Below, in pieces: positions 34,287-43,748 of a DNA stretch of 46,308 nucleotides; position 1 is the stretch's first letter; each line of letters begins with the position of its first letter. A program made the translations under genes and the position numbers. Source of the DNA: Candidatus Krumholzibacteriia bacterium. GTDB lineage: Bacteria > Krumholzibacteriota > Krumholzibacteriia > LZORAL124-64-63. A model generated the notes under the pieces. The model made no database searches, was not told the origin of the DNA, and saw only the letters and a list, made by a program, of their open reading frames with translations. Where the stretch lies: positions 1 through 46,308 of the forward strand of contig JAWOID010000026.1 in assembly GCA_046484865.1 (NCBI GenBank), written 5' to 3'.

Positions 34287-35504
34287 TCAGGCGAGTTGCA
34301 CCTGCATCAGGCGGGCGATCTCCGCGCGCGAGAAGACGTAGCCGACGACCGGATAGCGATCGCGCAGGTCGGGTGCGACGGCCGCCGGGTCGTCGGCCGC
34401 CAGGATGACCACCGGGATGCCGGAGGCGTCGAGGAACGGCAGGATCTTGCCGAGCTGGGCGCGCGTGACGCACTGCGGGTCCACCAGCACCAGCCGGACG
34501 GAATCGCAGCCCGCGGACCTGGCGAAGAAGTCCCTGGGCGGCACGATCTGCTGGCCGAAGCGTGTCAACAGACCGGTGGCCCACTCGGATCGATCCGGGT
34601 CGCCACTGAGCACCACCACGCCCTCGCCGCCGCCGCTGCCGGCCGGCCTGGGCGCCTCGCGCCCGGCCACCTGCAGGAACGTCTTGGTGCGTTCGATGGT
34701 GGCCTCCATCCCGTCGAGCACGGCGAACAGGTCGCTGCGCTCCAGCTCCAGCGCAGCCGCGAGCCGGCCCAGGGCGGCCTCGCCGGCGGGCGGTTCGTAG
34801 GCACCGCCGTGCACGCAGGCCAGGGCATCGCCGAGGGCCACGCAGGTGGTCAGGAGTTGACTGCCCCCGGCCGCCACCTGCAGGTTATGATGGCATCGAG
34901 CCGCTTCGCAAAGCGCTTCCGGGAGTCGCCAGTGCTGCAGGAGCTTGTAGGCGACCTGATCGTGCGAGACGCCCAGTCGCTCCTTCTCGCGCACGACCAG
35001 CTCGCCGGTGCCGTCCAGGACGGCGGCGTAGTCGTCGGGCACCGCCGCCGAGAGCACCAGCTGGCCGACGTCGTGCAGAAGGCTGGCGACGAAGACCTCC
35101 TCGGGGTCGATGGTCGCCTTGCAGTGCTGCGCCACGCACTGGCCTGCCGCCGCCGCCGCCAGCGAATGCTCCCAGAACTCCTCTGCCTTGCTGCCGGAAC
35201 CCATGGCGCCGAGCGCTTCCATCGTGCCCAACCCGAGCGCGACGTTGCGGATCCCGGAGAAGCCGAGGATGACCACCGCCCGCGAGACCGTCGAGACCTC
35301 GCCTGCGAGACCGTAGTAGGAGGAGTTCACGAGCCGGAGGATCTTGCCCGCGAGGGCCTGGTCCGCCTTGAGGACGCGGGTGACGTCGTCGGCCGAGCTG
35401 TTCTCGTCGCGCATCACCGCCAGCAGCTTCTGCACGACCGTGGGAAGGGGCGGCAGCTTCTGCATCACGGTGCCGATGCGGCGGCCGACCTGCTCGCTGG
35501 GCAT
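34287..35504 (-). CDS. HDOD domain protein with C-terminal degenerate receiver-like domain
   Basis: LPPLP, DQALAGKILRLVNSSYY, FWEHS, LLHDVG, HWRLP; C-terminal alpha/beta segment with LVLVD. Confidence 0.88.
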   Translation of the reverse strand: MPSEQVGRRIGTVMQKLPPLPTVVQKLLAVMRDENSSADDVTRVLKADQALAGKILRLVNSSYYGLAGEVSTVSRAVVILGFSGIRNVALGLGTMEALGAMGSGSKAEEFWEHSLAAAAAGQCVAQHCKATIDPEEVFVASLLHDVGQLVLSAAVPDDYAAVLDGTGELVVREKERLGVSHDQVAYKLLQHWRLPEALCEAARCHHNLQVAAGGSQLLTTCVALGDALACVHGGAYEPPAGEAALGRLAAALELERSDLFAVLDGMEATIERTKTFLQVAGREAPRPAGSGGGEGVVVLSGDPDRSEWATGLLTRFGQQIVPPRDFFARSAGCDSVRLVLVDPQCVTRAQLGKILPFLDASGIPVVILAADDPAAVAPDLRDRYPVVGYVFSRAEIARLMQVQLA

Positions 35505-35700
35505 GCGTCATCGACTCCTGCTGAGGGCCTGCGGGGGCATCGTGCCGGCACCACCCATGTTCGGCCGGGGTTTGCAGGGACTTGAGGACCGTGCCGGCAG
35601 GGGCCTCGCTCCGCATCTGCTCGCGGGTTCCGCCCGCCGCCGGGAGGCGCCGCCCCGCGTGCGTGGTGTGCCCACGCCGCGCGTCCGGGCCTGCGAGAGT

Positions 35701-36909
35701 CTAGTCGTCGCCGACGGGATGGGAGGTGTCGTGGTCCGCCTCGGGATCGCCGTGGCCCGCCCCCCGGCGGAGCTTGCTCCCGAAACGGTGGTGTGCGGCG
35801 TCGAGCACGGCGTCGAGGCGTCGCTGGCGTATGAGTTGCGGGTCCGGGAAGAGCTCCGCCTGCCCGGCACCGGCGGGCGCCAGCTGCGAGGCAGTGACCC
35901 CGAGCAGCCGCAGGGGCCGTCCTGCCCGCCCGAGCCGATGCAGCAGGAGGTCGCGAGCCTCGGCGCGGATGACCACCGACGCGTCGGTGGGCTCCGACCG
36001 GGTGACGGAACGGGTGAGCGTGGTGAAGTCCGGGAAGCGCGCCTTGAGCGTCACGGTCCGCGCGGTCAGCCCGTGCTGCCGCAGCCGACGCCCCACCTTC
36101 TCCGCGAGATGGTCGAGCACGTCCAGCAACGCCTCCTCCTCGTGCAGATCCTCGGCGAACGTGATCTCGTTGCCGATCGATCTGGCCTCGTGCGCGGGCA
36201 CCACCGGCCGGTCGTCCTCGCCGCGGGCGAGGCGGTGAAGATGCTCGGCATGATCGCCGAGCCGGGCCTTCAGCAGCTCGACCGGGCAGCGTTGCAGGTC
36301 GCCGATGGTGTGCAGCCCGAGTTCGTGCAACGACCGGGCGGTCGCCGGCCCCACGCCCCACAGCCGCCGCAGGGGCAGGGGCGCGAGCTTCTGCGCCCCC
36401 TCGCCCGGGCCGATGACCACCAGTCCATCGGGCTTCTCCAAATCGCTGGCCACCTTGGCCAGGAACTTGTTCGGGGCGATGCCCACGGAGGCGGCGAGCC
36501 CGACCTCGGCCCGGATGCATTCCTTGATGACGCGCCCCAGCGCCTCGGGCGGGCCGAACAGGCGCCGGCAGCCGGTCACGTCCAGGAACGCCTCGTCGAT
36601 CGAGAGCGGCTCCACCAGGGGCGTGTAGCGAGCGAAGATGGCGAAGATCTCGCCGGAGACCTCCAGGTAGCGCTGCATGCGCGGGCGGCGGAAGACGCCG
36701 TGCGGACACAGCCGCACCGCCTTCGCGGCGCTCATCGCGCTGTGCACGCCGTGGCGGCGCGCCTCGTAGCTGGCCGCCGCCACCACGCCCCGCCCCTCGG
36801 GCGTGCCGCCCACGATCACGGGGAGCCCCCGCAGCGACGGGTCGTCCAGAACCTCCACGGAAGCGTAGAAAGCGTCCATGTCCACGTGGATGATGGCACG
36901 GTGAAGCAT
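35701..36909 (-). CDS. dinB: DNA polymerase IV (Y family)
   Basis: HVDMDAFYASVE, SYEAR, SIDEAFLD, NKFLAKVASD..KPDG, QAELF clamp-binding-like motif. Confidence 0.95.
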   Translation of the reverse strand: MLHRAIIHVDMDAFYASVEVLDDPSLRGLPVIVGGTPEGRGVVAAASYEARRHGVHSAMSAAKAVRLCPHGVFRRPRMQRYLEVSGEIFAIFARYTPLVEPLSIDEAFLDVTGCRRLFGPPEALGRVIKECIRAEVGLAASVGIAPNKFLAKVASDLEKPDGLVVIGPGEGAQKLAPLPLRRLWGVGPATARSLHELGLHTIGDLQRCPVELLKARLGDHAEHLHRLARGEDDRPVVPAHEARSIGNEITFAEDLHEEEALLDVLDHLAEKVGRRLRQHGLTARTVTLKARFPDFTTLTRSVTRSEPTDASVVIRAEARDLLLHRLGRAGRPLRLLGVTASQLAPAGAGQAELFPDPQLIRQRRLDAVLDAAHHRFGSKLRRGAGHGDPEADHDTSHPVGDD

Positions 36910-36922
36910 GTCGGATCGGTCC

Positions 36923-37390
36923 TCAGGCCCAGTCGCGGTAGGGGCGCCGGGCGAGCGACGCGTTGTAATATCGCTCGTCCCCGGTGACCTCCTGCCCCAC
37001 CCACGGCGGCAACTCCAGGGGGGCGTCGGCCGCCGGCAGTTCGCACTCGGCCACGACCAGCCCCTCGTTGGCACCGTGGAACACGTCCACCTCCCAGACC
37101 CGGCCGGCATGGTCGACGTGGTGGCGCGTCTTCTCGATCAACGGCAGCGGACAGGCCTCCAGCAGCTCGGCGGCGTCGGACGCCGGGATCGGGTACTCCC
37201 ACTCGCTGCGCTCGCGATGGCTGTGCCCCTGCTTCACCGCGATCGTCCCGCCGGCGGCAGTCAGCCGCACCCTCACCACCAGGTCGGGGCTCGCCAGCAG
37301 AAAGCCCTGGCGCAGCGGCAGCGGATCGCGCGCTTCGTGGCGCCACGCCTCCGTGGCCACGAGGAACTTGCGTTCGATCTCGAGGTTCAT
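36923..37390 (-). CDS. CYTH domain protein (triphosphate tunnel metalloenzyme)
   Basis: EIERKFLV, EWEYPI, IEKTR, WEVDVF, EVTGDERYYN. Confidence 0.92.
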   Translation of the reverse strand: MNLEIERKFLVATEAWRHEARDPLPLRQGFLLASPDLVVRVRLTAAGGTIAVKQGHSHRERSEWEYPIPASDAAELLEACPLPLIEKTRHHVDHAGRVWEVDVFHGANEGLVVAECELPAADAPLELPPWVGQEVTGDERYYNASLARRPYRDWA

Positions 37391-37501
37391 GCCGGTCCCG
37401 TTTCGTCGGCGTCCGGCTGCAGCTGCCGGTGTTCGGCGATCGCGAGGTGAGCCACATGGTTCCCGGACAATGTATTACCGCCTCGCGAGTCGAATGTAAA
37501 G

Positions 37502-37531
37502 TTGACGGATCACCCCCGGTACAACTAGGCT
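37502..37531 (+). promoter_or_regulatory. Putative sigma70 promoter of the TRAP operon
   Basis: TTGACG, 18-bp spacer, TAGGCT in an AT-richer divergent intergenic region. Confidence 0.35.
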
Positions 37532-37655
37532 GTCGGTAACCGGCACCCGGCCCGATTCGATCAAGTTCCGGCGGTCGCGGAAGGACTCCTCGCTCCGACA
37601 ACCGCCCGACCCATCGACAGCCGGGACGCCAGTACCTTTCGAAGGAGGACTCCCG

Positions 37656-38636
37656 ATGAAGAAGGCCTTTCTGCTCGCAGCGGCGAGCGCACTGGTCCTG
37701 TCGGTCGCATTAGCCCCCACGGCGTCCGCCGAGAAGTTCAGGGGCAAGGTCGGTGGCGGACCCACCGGCGGCACCTTCAACACGTTCGCCAACGCCATGG
37801 CGGTCTTCGTGCCGAAGCAACTGCCGGACGTCACCCTGAGTGCCGTCGGCTCCGGCGGCTCGGTGGAGAACGTCAAGCGCGTCAGCAACGGCGAGTCCGA
37901 GTTCGGTCTGGTCTACGCGGTGGACGCCTCGCTGGCGTGGCGCGGCGAGTTGCCCGAGGACTCCAACGAGTACCGGGGCTTGTGCATGACGGGCTTCCTG
38001 TACGGCGCCCCGGCACAGCTCGTGGTCCAGGAAGGCAGCGACATCCAGCGTGCCGCGGATCTCAAGGGCAAGCGCGTTGCCGTGGGCAACGCCGGCAGCG
38101 GCGCCGCGGCCAGCGCCGAGCGGTTCTTCCGTCACGTCGGCGTTTGGGACGAGTTCCGACCTCAGTTCCTGGGTTACTCGGCCGCTGCCTCTGCCTTCAA
38201 GGACGGCAAGATCGACGCCTTCTGGGTGCTCGTGGGGTACCCGAACCGCTCCATCATCGAGGCTTCCGTGCAGGAGAAGATCCGCCTGATCGACGTGCAC
38301 GAGGAAGCCGAGGAGAGCGGCTTCTACGAGGAGTTCGCCTACATCCCCACCACCATTCCCGCCGGCACCTATGGCAAGGGGATGCCCGAGACGCACACCT
38401 TCCAGGACGCCACCCTCCTCGGGGTGAACGCGGATGTGCCCGAGGACGTGGTCTACGACGTGATGAAGGTGCTGTGGTCGGAAGAGGGCATGAAGGAGAT
38501 CACCGCCGCCTCGAAGTCCTTCGACGAGATGAACCTCGACAACGCCTTCCTCGGCGCGTCCGTGACCCTGCATCCGGGAGCAGTGAAGTTCTGGACGGAA
38601 CATGGCAAGGAGATCCCGGAGGAGCTCCAGCCGTAA
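37656..38636 (+). CDS. TAXI family TRAP transporter solute-binding protein
   Basis: AAGGAGG RBS, signal peptide, GGPTGGTF, GGSVEN, DLKGKRVAVGNAGSG, LHPGA. Confidence 0.93.
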   Translation: MKKAFLLAAASALVLSVALAPTASAEKFRGKVGGGPTGGTFNTFANAMAVFVPKQLPDVTLSAVGSGGSVENVKRVSNGESEFGLVYAVDASLAWRGELPEDSNEYRGLCMTGFLYGAPAQLVVQEGSDIQRAADLKGKRVAVGNAGSGAAASAERFFRHVGVWDEFRPQFLGYSAAASAFKDGKIDAFWVLVGYPNRSIIEASVQEKIRLIDVHEEAEESGFYEEFAYIPTTIPAGTYGKGMPETHTFQDATLLGVNADVPEDVVYDVMKVLWSEEGMKEITAASKSFDEMNLDNAFLGASVTLHPGAVKFWTEHGKEIPEELQP

Positions 38637-38644
38637 CCCGAGCG

Positions 38645-38674
38645 GGCGGGAGGGGCACCTGTGTCCCTCCCGCC
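38645..38674 (+). promoter_or_regulatory. Strong intercistronic stem-loop
   Basis: GGCGGGAGGGGCAC-CT-GTGTCCCTCCCGCC, one G-U pair, no U-tract; lies between the binding-protein and permease genes. Confidence 0.6.
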
Positions 38675-38712
38675 TCCCGTCTCCCGCCAGTTCGCACTCC
38701 CGAGGTGGCCCC

Positions 38713-40878
38713 ATGACGGAACGCCCTCCCGAGCCCGGCCGCGTACCCGAGGCGGACCAGACCATCAACCAGGAACAGCTGAAGAAGATCGTCGAGAAGG
38801 ACGAGAAGACCGGCCGTCAGTTGACCAGCTACTGGTACTGGATCACATCGGCCCTGGGCGTCTTCATGGTGCTCTTCTACCTGTACAATGCCGGCGTGGT
38901 GCCGGTGGCGGCCCAGTATCACCGTGGCATCTACGTCCTGATCACGTTCGTGATGGTCTTCCTCACCTACCCCATGCACAAGGGTTCGAAGCAGGACCGC
39001 CCCACCGCCCTGGACATCGGGCTGGCGCTGGTGGCCACGGGGGTGGTGGGCTACTGGATCCTCGAATTCGAGGCGCTGAACTACCGCATGGGCTCGGAGA
39101 GCCAGGCGGACACCATCGCGAGCGTGGTGGGCGTCCTCATCTCCCTCGAGGTCGCGCGTCGCGTCCTCGGCATGTCGATGACGATCACCGGACTGCTGTT
39201 CCTGGCCTATGCGTTCTGGGGCGATCTGGGCGAGAACGTCCCGGTCCTGAATGCCTTCGCCCACGACGGCTTCGGCTTCAACCGGGCCATGAACTTCCTC
39301 TACCTGCAGCAGGACGGCGTGTTCGGCATCATGGCCGACGTGCTCGTGACCTACGTGATCCTGTTCATCTTCTTCGGCTCGTTCCTGAAGGCCTCGGGCG
39401 CGTCCAGGTTCTTCATCGACCTGCCGCTGGCGCTGGCGGGCCGCACCACCGGCGGACCGGCGAAGGTGGCCGTGATCGCCTCCGGCTTCTTCGGATCGGT
39501 CTCGGGCTCGGCCATCGCCAACACCGTCTCCACCGGCGCCTTCACGATCGCGCTCATGAAGCGCGCGGGCTTCCGGCCGCACGTGGCCGGCGCCATCGAG
39601 CCGTCCGCCTCCATCGGCGGCATGTTCATGCCGCCCATCATGGGTGCCGGCGGCTTCCTCATGGCCGAGATGACCGAGATACCGTACGTCCAGATCATGA
39701 AGTGGGCCATCTTCCCTGCGACCATGTACTTCCTGTCGGTGTTCGTGATGATCCACTTCGAGGCCAAGCGCTACGGCCTGGTCGGCATCCGGGAAGAGGG
39801 CGCTCCCACCGCCTGGCAGATCCTCAAGAAGGAATGGTTCCTGGCCGCGCCGCTGATCATCATCGTCGCCCTGATGCTTGCCGGCTATTCCCCCGGGTAC
39901 GCTGCATTCTGGGCGATCATCAGCTGCGTGGCGGTTAGCTGGCTGACGCCGGACAACCGCATGGGCATCAAGGAAGTGCTGGGCGCGATGATCGAGGGAT
40001 CCCGCAACACCCTCATCATCGGTGCCACGGTGGGCGTCATCGGCATCATCGTGGGCACCATCAGCATGACCGGCATCGGTCTGAAGTTCTCGGACATCAT
40101 CATCAGCCTGTCCGGCGGCTTCCTGCCGATCGCGATCCTGCTGATCGGTCTCGCGTCCCTGGTGCTCGGCATGGGCGTGCCGGTGACGGCGGCGTACCTG
40201 ATCACCGCCGTGCTCTCGGTGGGCGCGGTCTCGAACATGATCGCGATGTACAATTACGGCGTGCCGTTCGGGGAGCTGGCGAATCCTCCGATGGGCAGCC
40301 TGGATCCGGATGCCTACCGGGCCCTGCTGGCCCAGACGGCATCGCATGCCACCTGGGTGCTCATCGCCTCGCACATGATCGTCTACTGGTTCAGCCAGGA
40401 CTCCAACATCACGCCGCCGGTCTGCGTGGCGGCATACGCGGGAGCGGCGATCGCGGGCAGCGATCCCTGGAAGACCGGCTGGACGGCGTTCAAGTTCGCC
40501 AAGTACCTGTACCTGGGGCCGTTCCTGTTCGCCTACTCCCCCGGCTTCCTCCTGCACGGCGACTGGCACGAGATCGTGGTGGCGCTCGTGGCCATCACCA
40601 TGGGGACGGTCGCCTTCGGCAGCTTGACCATGGGATACCTGGCGTGCGGCATGAACGTGCTGGAATGGGTCGTCATGGCCTTCGCCACCGTCATCCTGTT
40701 CTTCCCCCGCGTCCTGGATGCCGTCACGCCCATGGATCTCGATCGGGTCTGGATCCGCGTCGCCGGGCTGGTGATCTGGGGGCTGGTCTACCTGATGCAG
40801 AGGGCGCGGATCCGGCGCGATCCCACGCTCACCCTGCCCCGGCACGAGCGGCACCGGCTGCGAGGACAGGCGGCCTGA
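38713..40878 (+). CDS. TRAP transporter 4TM/12TM fused permease
   Basis: GGPAKVAV, SGSAIAN, PPIMGAGGF, LGMGVP..AAY, ITPPV; GAGG RBS. Confidence 0.94.
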   Translation: MTERPPEPGRVPEADQTINQEQLKKIVEKDEKTGRQLTSYWYWITSALGVFMVLFYLYNAGVVPVAAQYHRGIYVLITFVMVFLTYPMHKGSKQDRPTALDIGLALVATGVVGYWILEFEALNYRMGSESQADTIASVVGVLISLEVARRVLGMSMTITGLLFLAYAFWGDLGENVPVLNAFAHDGFGFNRAMNFLYLQQDGVFGIMADVLVTYVILFIFFGSFLKASGASRFFIDLPLALAGRTTGGPAKVAVIASGFFGSVSGSAIANTVSTGAFTIALMKRAGFRPHVAGAIEPSASIGGMFMPPIMGAGGFLMAEMTEIPYVQIMKWAIFPATMYFLSVFVMIHFEAKRYGLVGIREEGAPTAWQILKKEWFLAAPLIIIVALMLAGYSPGYAAFWAIISCVAVSWLTPDNRMGIKEVLGAMIEGSRNTLIIGATVGVIGIIVGTISMTGIGLKFSDIIISLSGGFLPIAILLIGLASLVLGMGVPVTAAYLITAVLSVGAVSNMIAMYNYGVPFGELANPPMGSLDPDAYRALLAQTASHATWVLIASHMIVYWFSQDSNITPPVCVAAYAGAAIAGSDPWKTGWTAFKFAKYLYLGPFLFAYSPGFLLHGDWHEIVVALVAITMGTVAFGSLTMGYLACGMNVLEWVVMAFATVILFFPRVLDAVTPMDLDRVWIRVAGLVIWGLVYLMQRARIRRDPTLTLPRHERHRLRGQAA

Positions 40879-41057
40879 GCGAGCGTCGCGGGGCCCCCTG
40901 TTCGCGGGCCGCCGGCGCGCGGCGGGCCCCTCGTCGGCGGCCGGGCTGTTTCCTGGACGGAGCCGCTCCGCCGCCTCGGCGGACGTCCCCGTCGGCGTTT
41001 CTCGGCGGGCCGGGCCGGCGGGGAGTGCCCTCTCTCCCCTGACTCTGTTTCTCGATC

Positions 41058-41957
41058 ATGTTCGCCGGACCGGAGGTCGAGCCCGTCGTGATGATCCTGC
41101 TGCTCTTCCTCGCTGTCGCATTCACCGAGCCCGAACCCATGCAGCTGGATTCGGGCGAGAGCATCGCCGTCTATCAGGGCCGCGTCGGCGGCGACCGCCC
41201 CGCGATCCTGGTGCCCGGCCTCGGCGGCAGCGCCTACGGCTTCCGCAAGCTCGCACCGCTCCTCGAGGAACAGGGCTACCGGATCATCGTGGTGGAGCCG
41301 CTCGGGGTGGGGCTCTCCGACCGCCCGGCCAGCGCCGACTACACTCTCACCGCCCAGTCCCGGCGCCTCGGCGAGGTGCTGGAGCGGCTGGAGGTCCGGG
41401 ACGCGCTGATCGTGGCCCAGGGTATCAGCGGCAGCATCACGATGAGGCTGGCATTGCACCGTCCGGACCTCGTCCGCGCGATCGTCTCGATCGAGGGCGG
41501 TCCAGCTGAAAGTGCCGCGACCGCGACGGTGCAGCATGCGCTGAAGCTGGCCAGGCTGGTCTCGAACCTGGGCGGCGACAGCCTCCTCAAGGACCGCTAC
41601 GAGGAGGACCTGAAGACGGCGTCCGGCGACACGAGCTGGGTGGACCGTCGCACGCTCAACCGGTACTTCCGGGGGCCGGGGCGGGACGTGGGCGCCACCC
41701 TCGACGTCTTCGCCGCCATGAACGCGCAGCGGGAACCCGAGCGGCTCGCGCCGCGGCTGCCGGAGATCAACCAGCCGATCCTGGTGCTGATGGGCGGCGC
41801 CGCTCACGCCGGCGCGCTCGATCCCGTGGAGGTGCAGACCTTGCGCGCCGGCCTGCCACGGGTGAGTTTCGAGGTGGTGCCCGACGTCGGGCATTTCATG
41901 TACGAAGAGGACCCGCGAGCCGTGGCCGACGCGGTGCGCCGGTTCGACGCCCCGTGA
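41058..41957 (+). CDS. Alpha/beta hydrolase fold protein, nucleophile Ser apparently absent
   Basis: LVPGLGGS, PLGVGLSDRP, VAQGISG at the elbow, VGHF..EE; N-terminal hydrophobic stretch; start uncertain (41058-41091). Confidence 0.8.
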   Translation: MFAGPEVEPVVMILLLFLAVAFTEPEPMQLDSGESIAVYQGRVGGDRPAILVPGLGGSAYGFRKLAPLLEEQGYRIIVVEPLGVGLSDRPASADYTLTAQSRRLGEVLERLEVRDALIVAQGISGSITMRLALHRPDLVRAIVSIEGGPAESAATATVQHALKLARLVSNLGGDSLLKDRYEEDLKTASGDTSWVDRRTLNRYFRGPGRDVGATLDVFAAMNAQREPERLAPRLPEINQPILVLMGGAAHAGALDPVEVQTLRAGLPRVSFEVVPDVGHFMYEEDPRAVADAVRRFDAP

Positions 41958-42047
41958 AGAGCGCCTCGCGGGCGCCCGCGCCCCGCGGCACGGCGCCGGC
42001 CGAGGCGCTCCCGGCGCCACGCGGGATGACTCCAGGAGGAATGCGTC

Positions 42048-42932
42048 ATGTGCGGCCGGGTGACCCTCATCGCCGAGCCGACCGGACTGGCGGAGGCGCT
42101 CGGGTTCGACGCGCCGTCGGACGCGCCGGCGGACGCGCCGGCGCCCGGCTGGCTGGCCGACCTGCTGCCCCGCTTCAACGTGAGTCCGTCGCAACCACTG
42201 GTGGCGGCGCGTCGCGATCCCGTCGATGGCGACCCCGCTCTCGCGGCACTCCGCTGGGGCCTCGTGCCGGCATGGTCGCGCACGGCCGCCGGAGGCCCGA
42301 AGATGATCAACGCCCGTGCGGAGACCGTCGGTATCCGACCGGCGTTCCGCGACGCCTTCGCCAGGCGCCGCTGCCTCATCCCCGTCAGCGGCTTCTACGA
42401 GTGGCGTCGTACCGGCGGGCGCAAGCAACCGTTCTACTTCCACGCGTCGGACGGCCGGCTGCTGGCTCTCGCCGGGATCTGGGAGAGCTGGAGCCCCCCG
42501 GGCGACGCGGGCGGGGATGCCGCCGGCGACGTTGCGGCGGACGCCACTCCCGCAGCCACGGACGCCGCGGCCGATCCCGCGACCGACGCCGCAATGGCTG
42601 CCACCGCCGCTGCGGCGAACCGACCCGCACCGGTCCCGCTGGAGACATGCGCCATCCTCACGACCGCCGCCAACGAGCTGATGGCTCCCATCCACGACCG
42701 CATGCCCGTGATCCTGCCGCCGGACGCCTACCGGACCTGGCTGGACGTCCCCCTCGGCGACGGCCGGCCGAACCGCTCGGCGACGAGCCGGGCCCGCCTG
42801 CAGGAGTTGCTTCGTCCCTGTCCGTCCGGCTGGCTCGCCTGTCATCCGGTCCATCCCCGCGTGAACCGCGGCACCGTCGACGATCCGGCCTGCATCGAGC
42901 CATGGTCCGAGGAGCAGGCGCTATTCGAGTAG
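42048..42932 (+). CDS. SOS response-associated peptidase (SRAP/YedK, abasic-site protection)
   Basis: MCGR, INARAET, GFYEW, IHDRMPVIL; AGGAGG RBS. Confidence 0.93.
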   Translation: MCGRVTLIAEPTGLAEALGFDAPSDAPADAPAPGWLADLLPRFNVSPSQPLVAARRDPVDGDPALAALRWGLVPAWSRTAAGGPKMINARAETVGIRPAFRDAFARRRCLIPVSGFYEWRRTGGRKQPFYFHASDGRLLALAGIWESWSPPGDAGGDAAGDVAADATPAATDAAADPATDAAMAATAAAANRPAPVPLETCAILTTAANELMAPIHDRMPVILPPDAYRTWLDVPLGDGRPNRSATSRARLQELLRPCPSGWLACHPVHPRVNRGTVDDPACIEPWSEEQALFE

Positions 42933-42970
42933 CGACCGCCGGCGGCACGGCCGGCAGAAAGGAGACAGGC

Positions 42971-43729
42971 ATGGAGGGCGACCTCCCCGAACACGCGACG
43001 ACCGCTCGAGCCGGCGACGATCGCACGAGAGCCGCCGCGCCCCTGGGCGGCCAGGCCGGCATGGGCCGGGGGCTCAGGCTCTATCTGGACAGCGCCGACC
43101 CGAGCACGTGGCGCCGCTGGCTGGCGACGGGCGTCTTCCACGGAATCACCACCAACCCCCTGCTCCTGGAACGCGCCGGGCATTCCTGCAATCTCGACAC
43201 CCTGTCCCGGCTCACAGGGACAGCGCTGGAACTCGGCGCGGCCGAGGTCCACCTGCAGGCCTGGGGCGACACCGCCGCCGACCTCGCCCGCTGCGGTCGC
43301 CGGCTGCGGGACATCGCTGCGAAGGTGGTGGTCAAGGTGCCCGTGGACGAGGCGGGACTGGTCGCAGCGCGCGAGCTGCATCGCGACCGGGTGCCGGTGA
43401 CGCTGACCGCGCTGCACCATCCGCACCAGGCGGTGCTGGCCGCGGCGGCGGGCGCGGCGTACGCCGCTCCCTACCTCGGCCGGATGTCCGATGCGGGCCG
43501 CGACGGCATGGTCGCCGTGCTCAGCATGCACGAGATCCTGGCGCGGACGGGAAGCTGCACTCGACTGCTGGTGGCGAGCCTGCGCTCGGCCGGCCAGGTG
43601 GCCGACCTGGCCCGCGCCGGTCTGGACACGTTCACGGTGAACGCGGCGATCGCCGAGGAACTCGTGAGCGACGAACTGACGGACGCCGCCGTGGCCGACT
43701 TCCGCCGCGCGTCGAGGTCGTCCCGGTAG
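42971..43729 (+). CDS. Transaldolase-family protein, fructose-6-phosphate aldolase type
   Basis: LYLDSAD, GITTNP, VVKVP (Schiff-base Lys), YAAPYLGR, VASLR; start 42971 (AAGGAG) or 43061. Confidence 0.88.
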   Translation: MEGDLPEHATTARAGDDRTRAAAPLGGQAGMGRGLRLYLDSADPSTWRRWLATGVFHGITTNPLLLERAGHSCNLDTLSRLTGTALELGAAEVHLQAWGDTAADLARCGRRLRDIAAKVVVKVPVDEAGLVAARELHRDRVPVTLTALHHPHQAVLAAAAGAAYAAPYLGRMSDAGRDGMVAVLSMHEILARTGSCTRLLVASLRSAGQVADLARAGLDTFTVNAAIAEELVSDELTDAAVADFRRASRSSR

Positions 43730-43748
43730 CCCGCGGCACGAGCGCGCC

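Noticed and set aside
37391..37500. LexA box upstream of CYTH-dinB
   Set aside because: No match to CTGT-N8-ACAG or GAAC-N4-GTTC was found by eye.
38500..42854. Long minus-strand ORFs (784 aa and 688 aa)
   Set aside because: Antisense shadows of the TRAP permease, hydrolase and SRAP genes.
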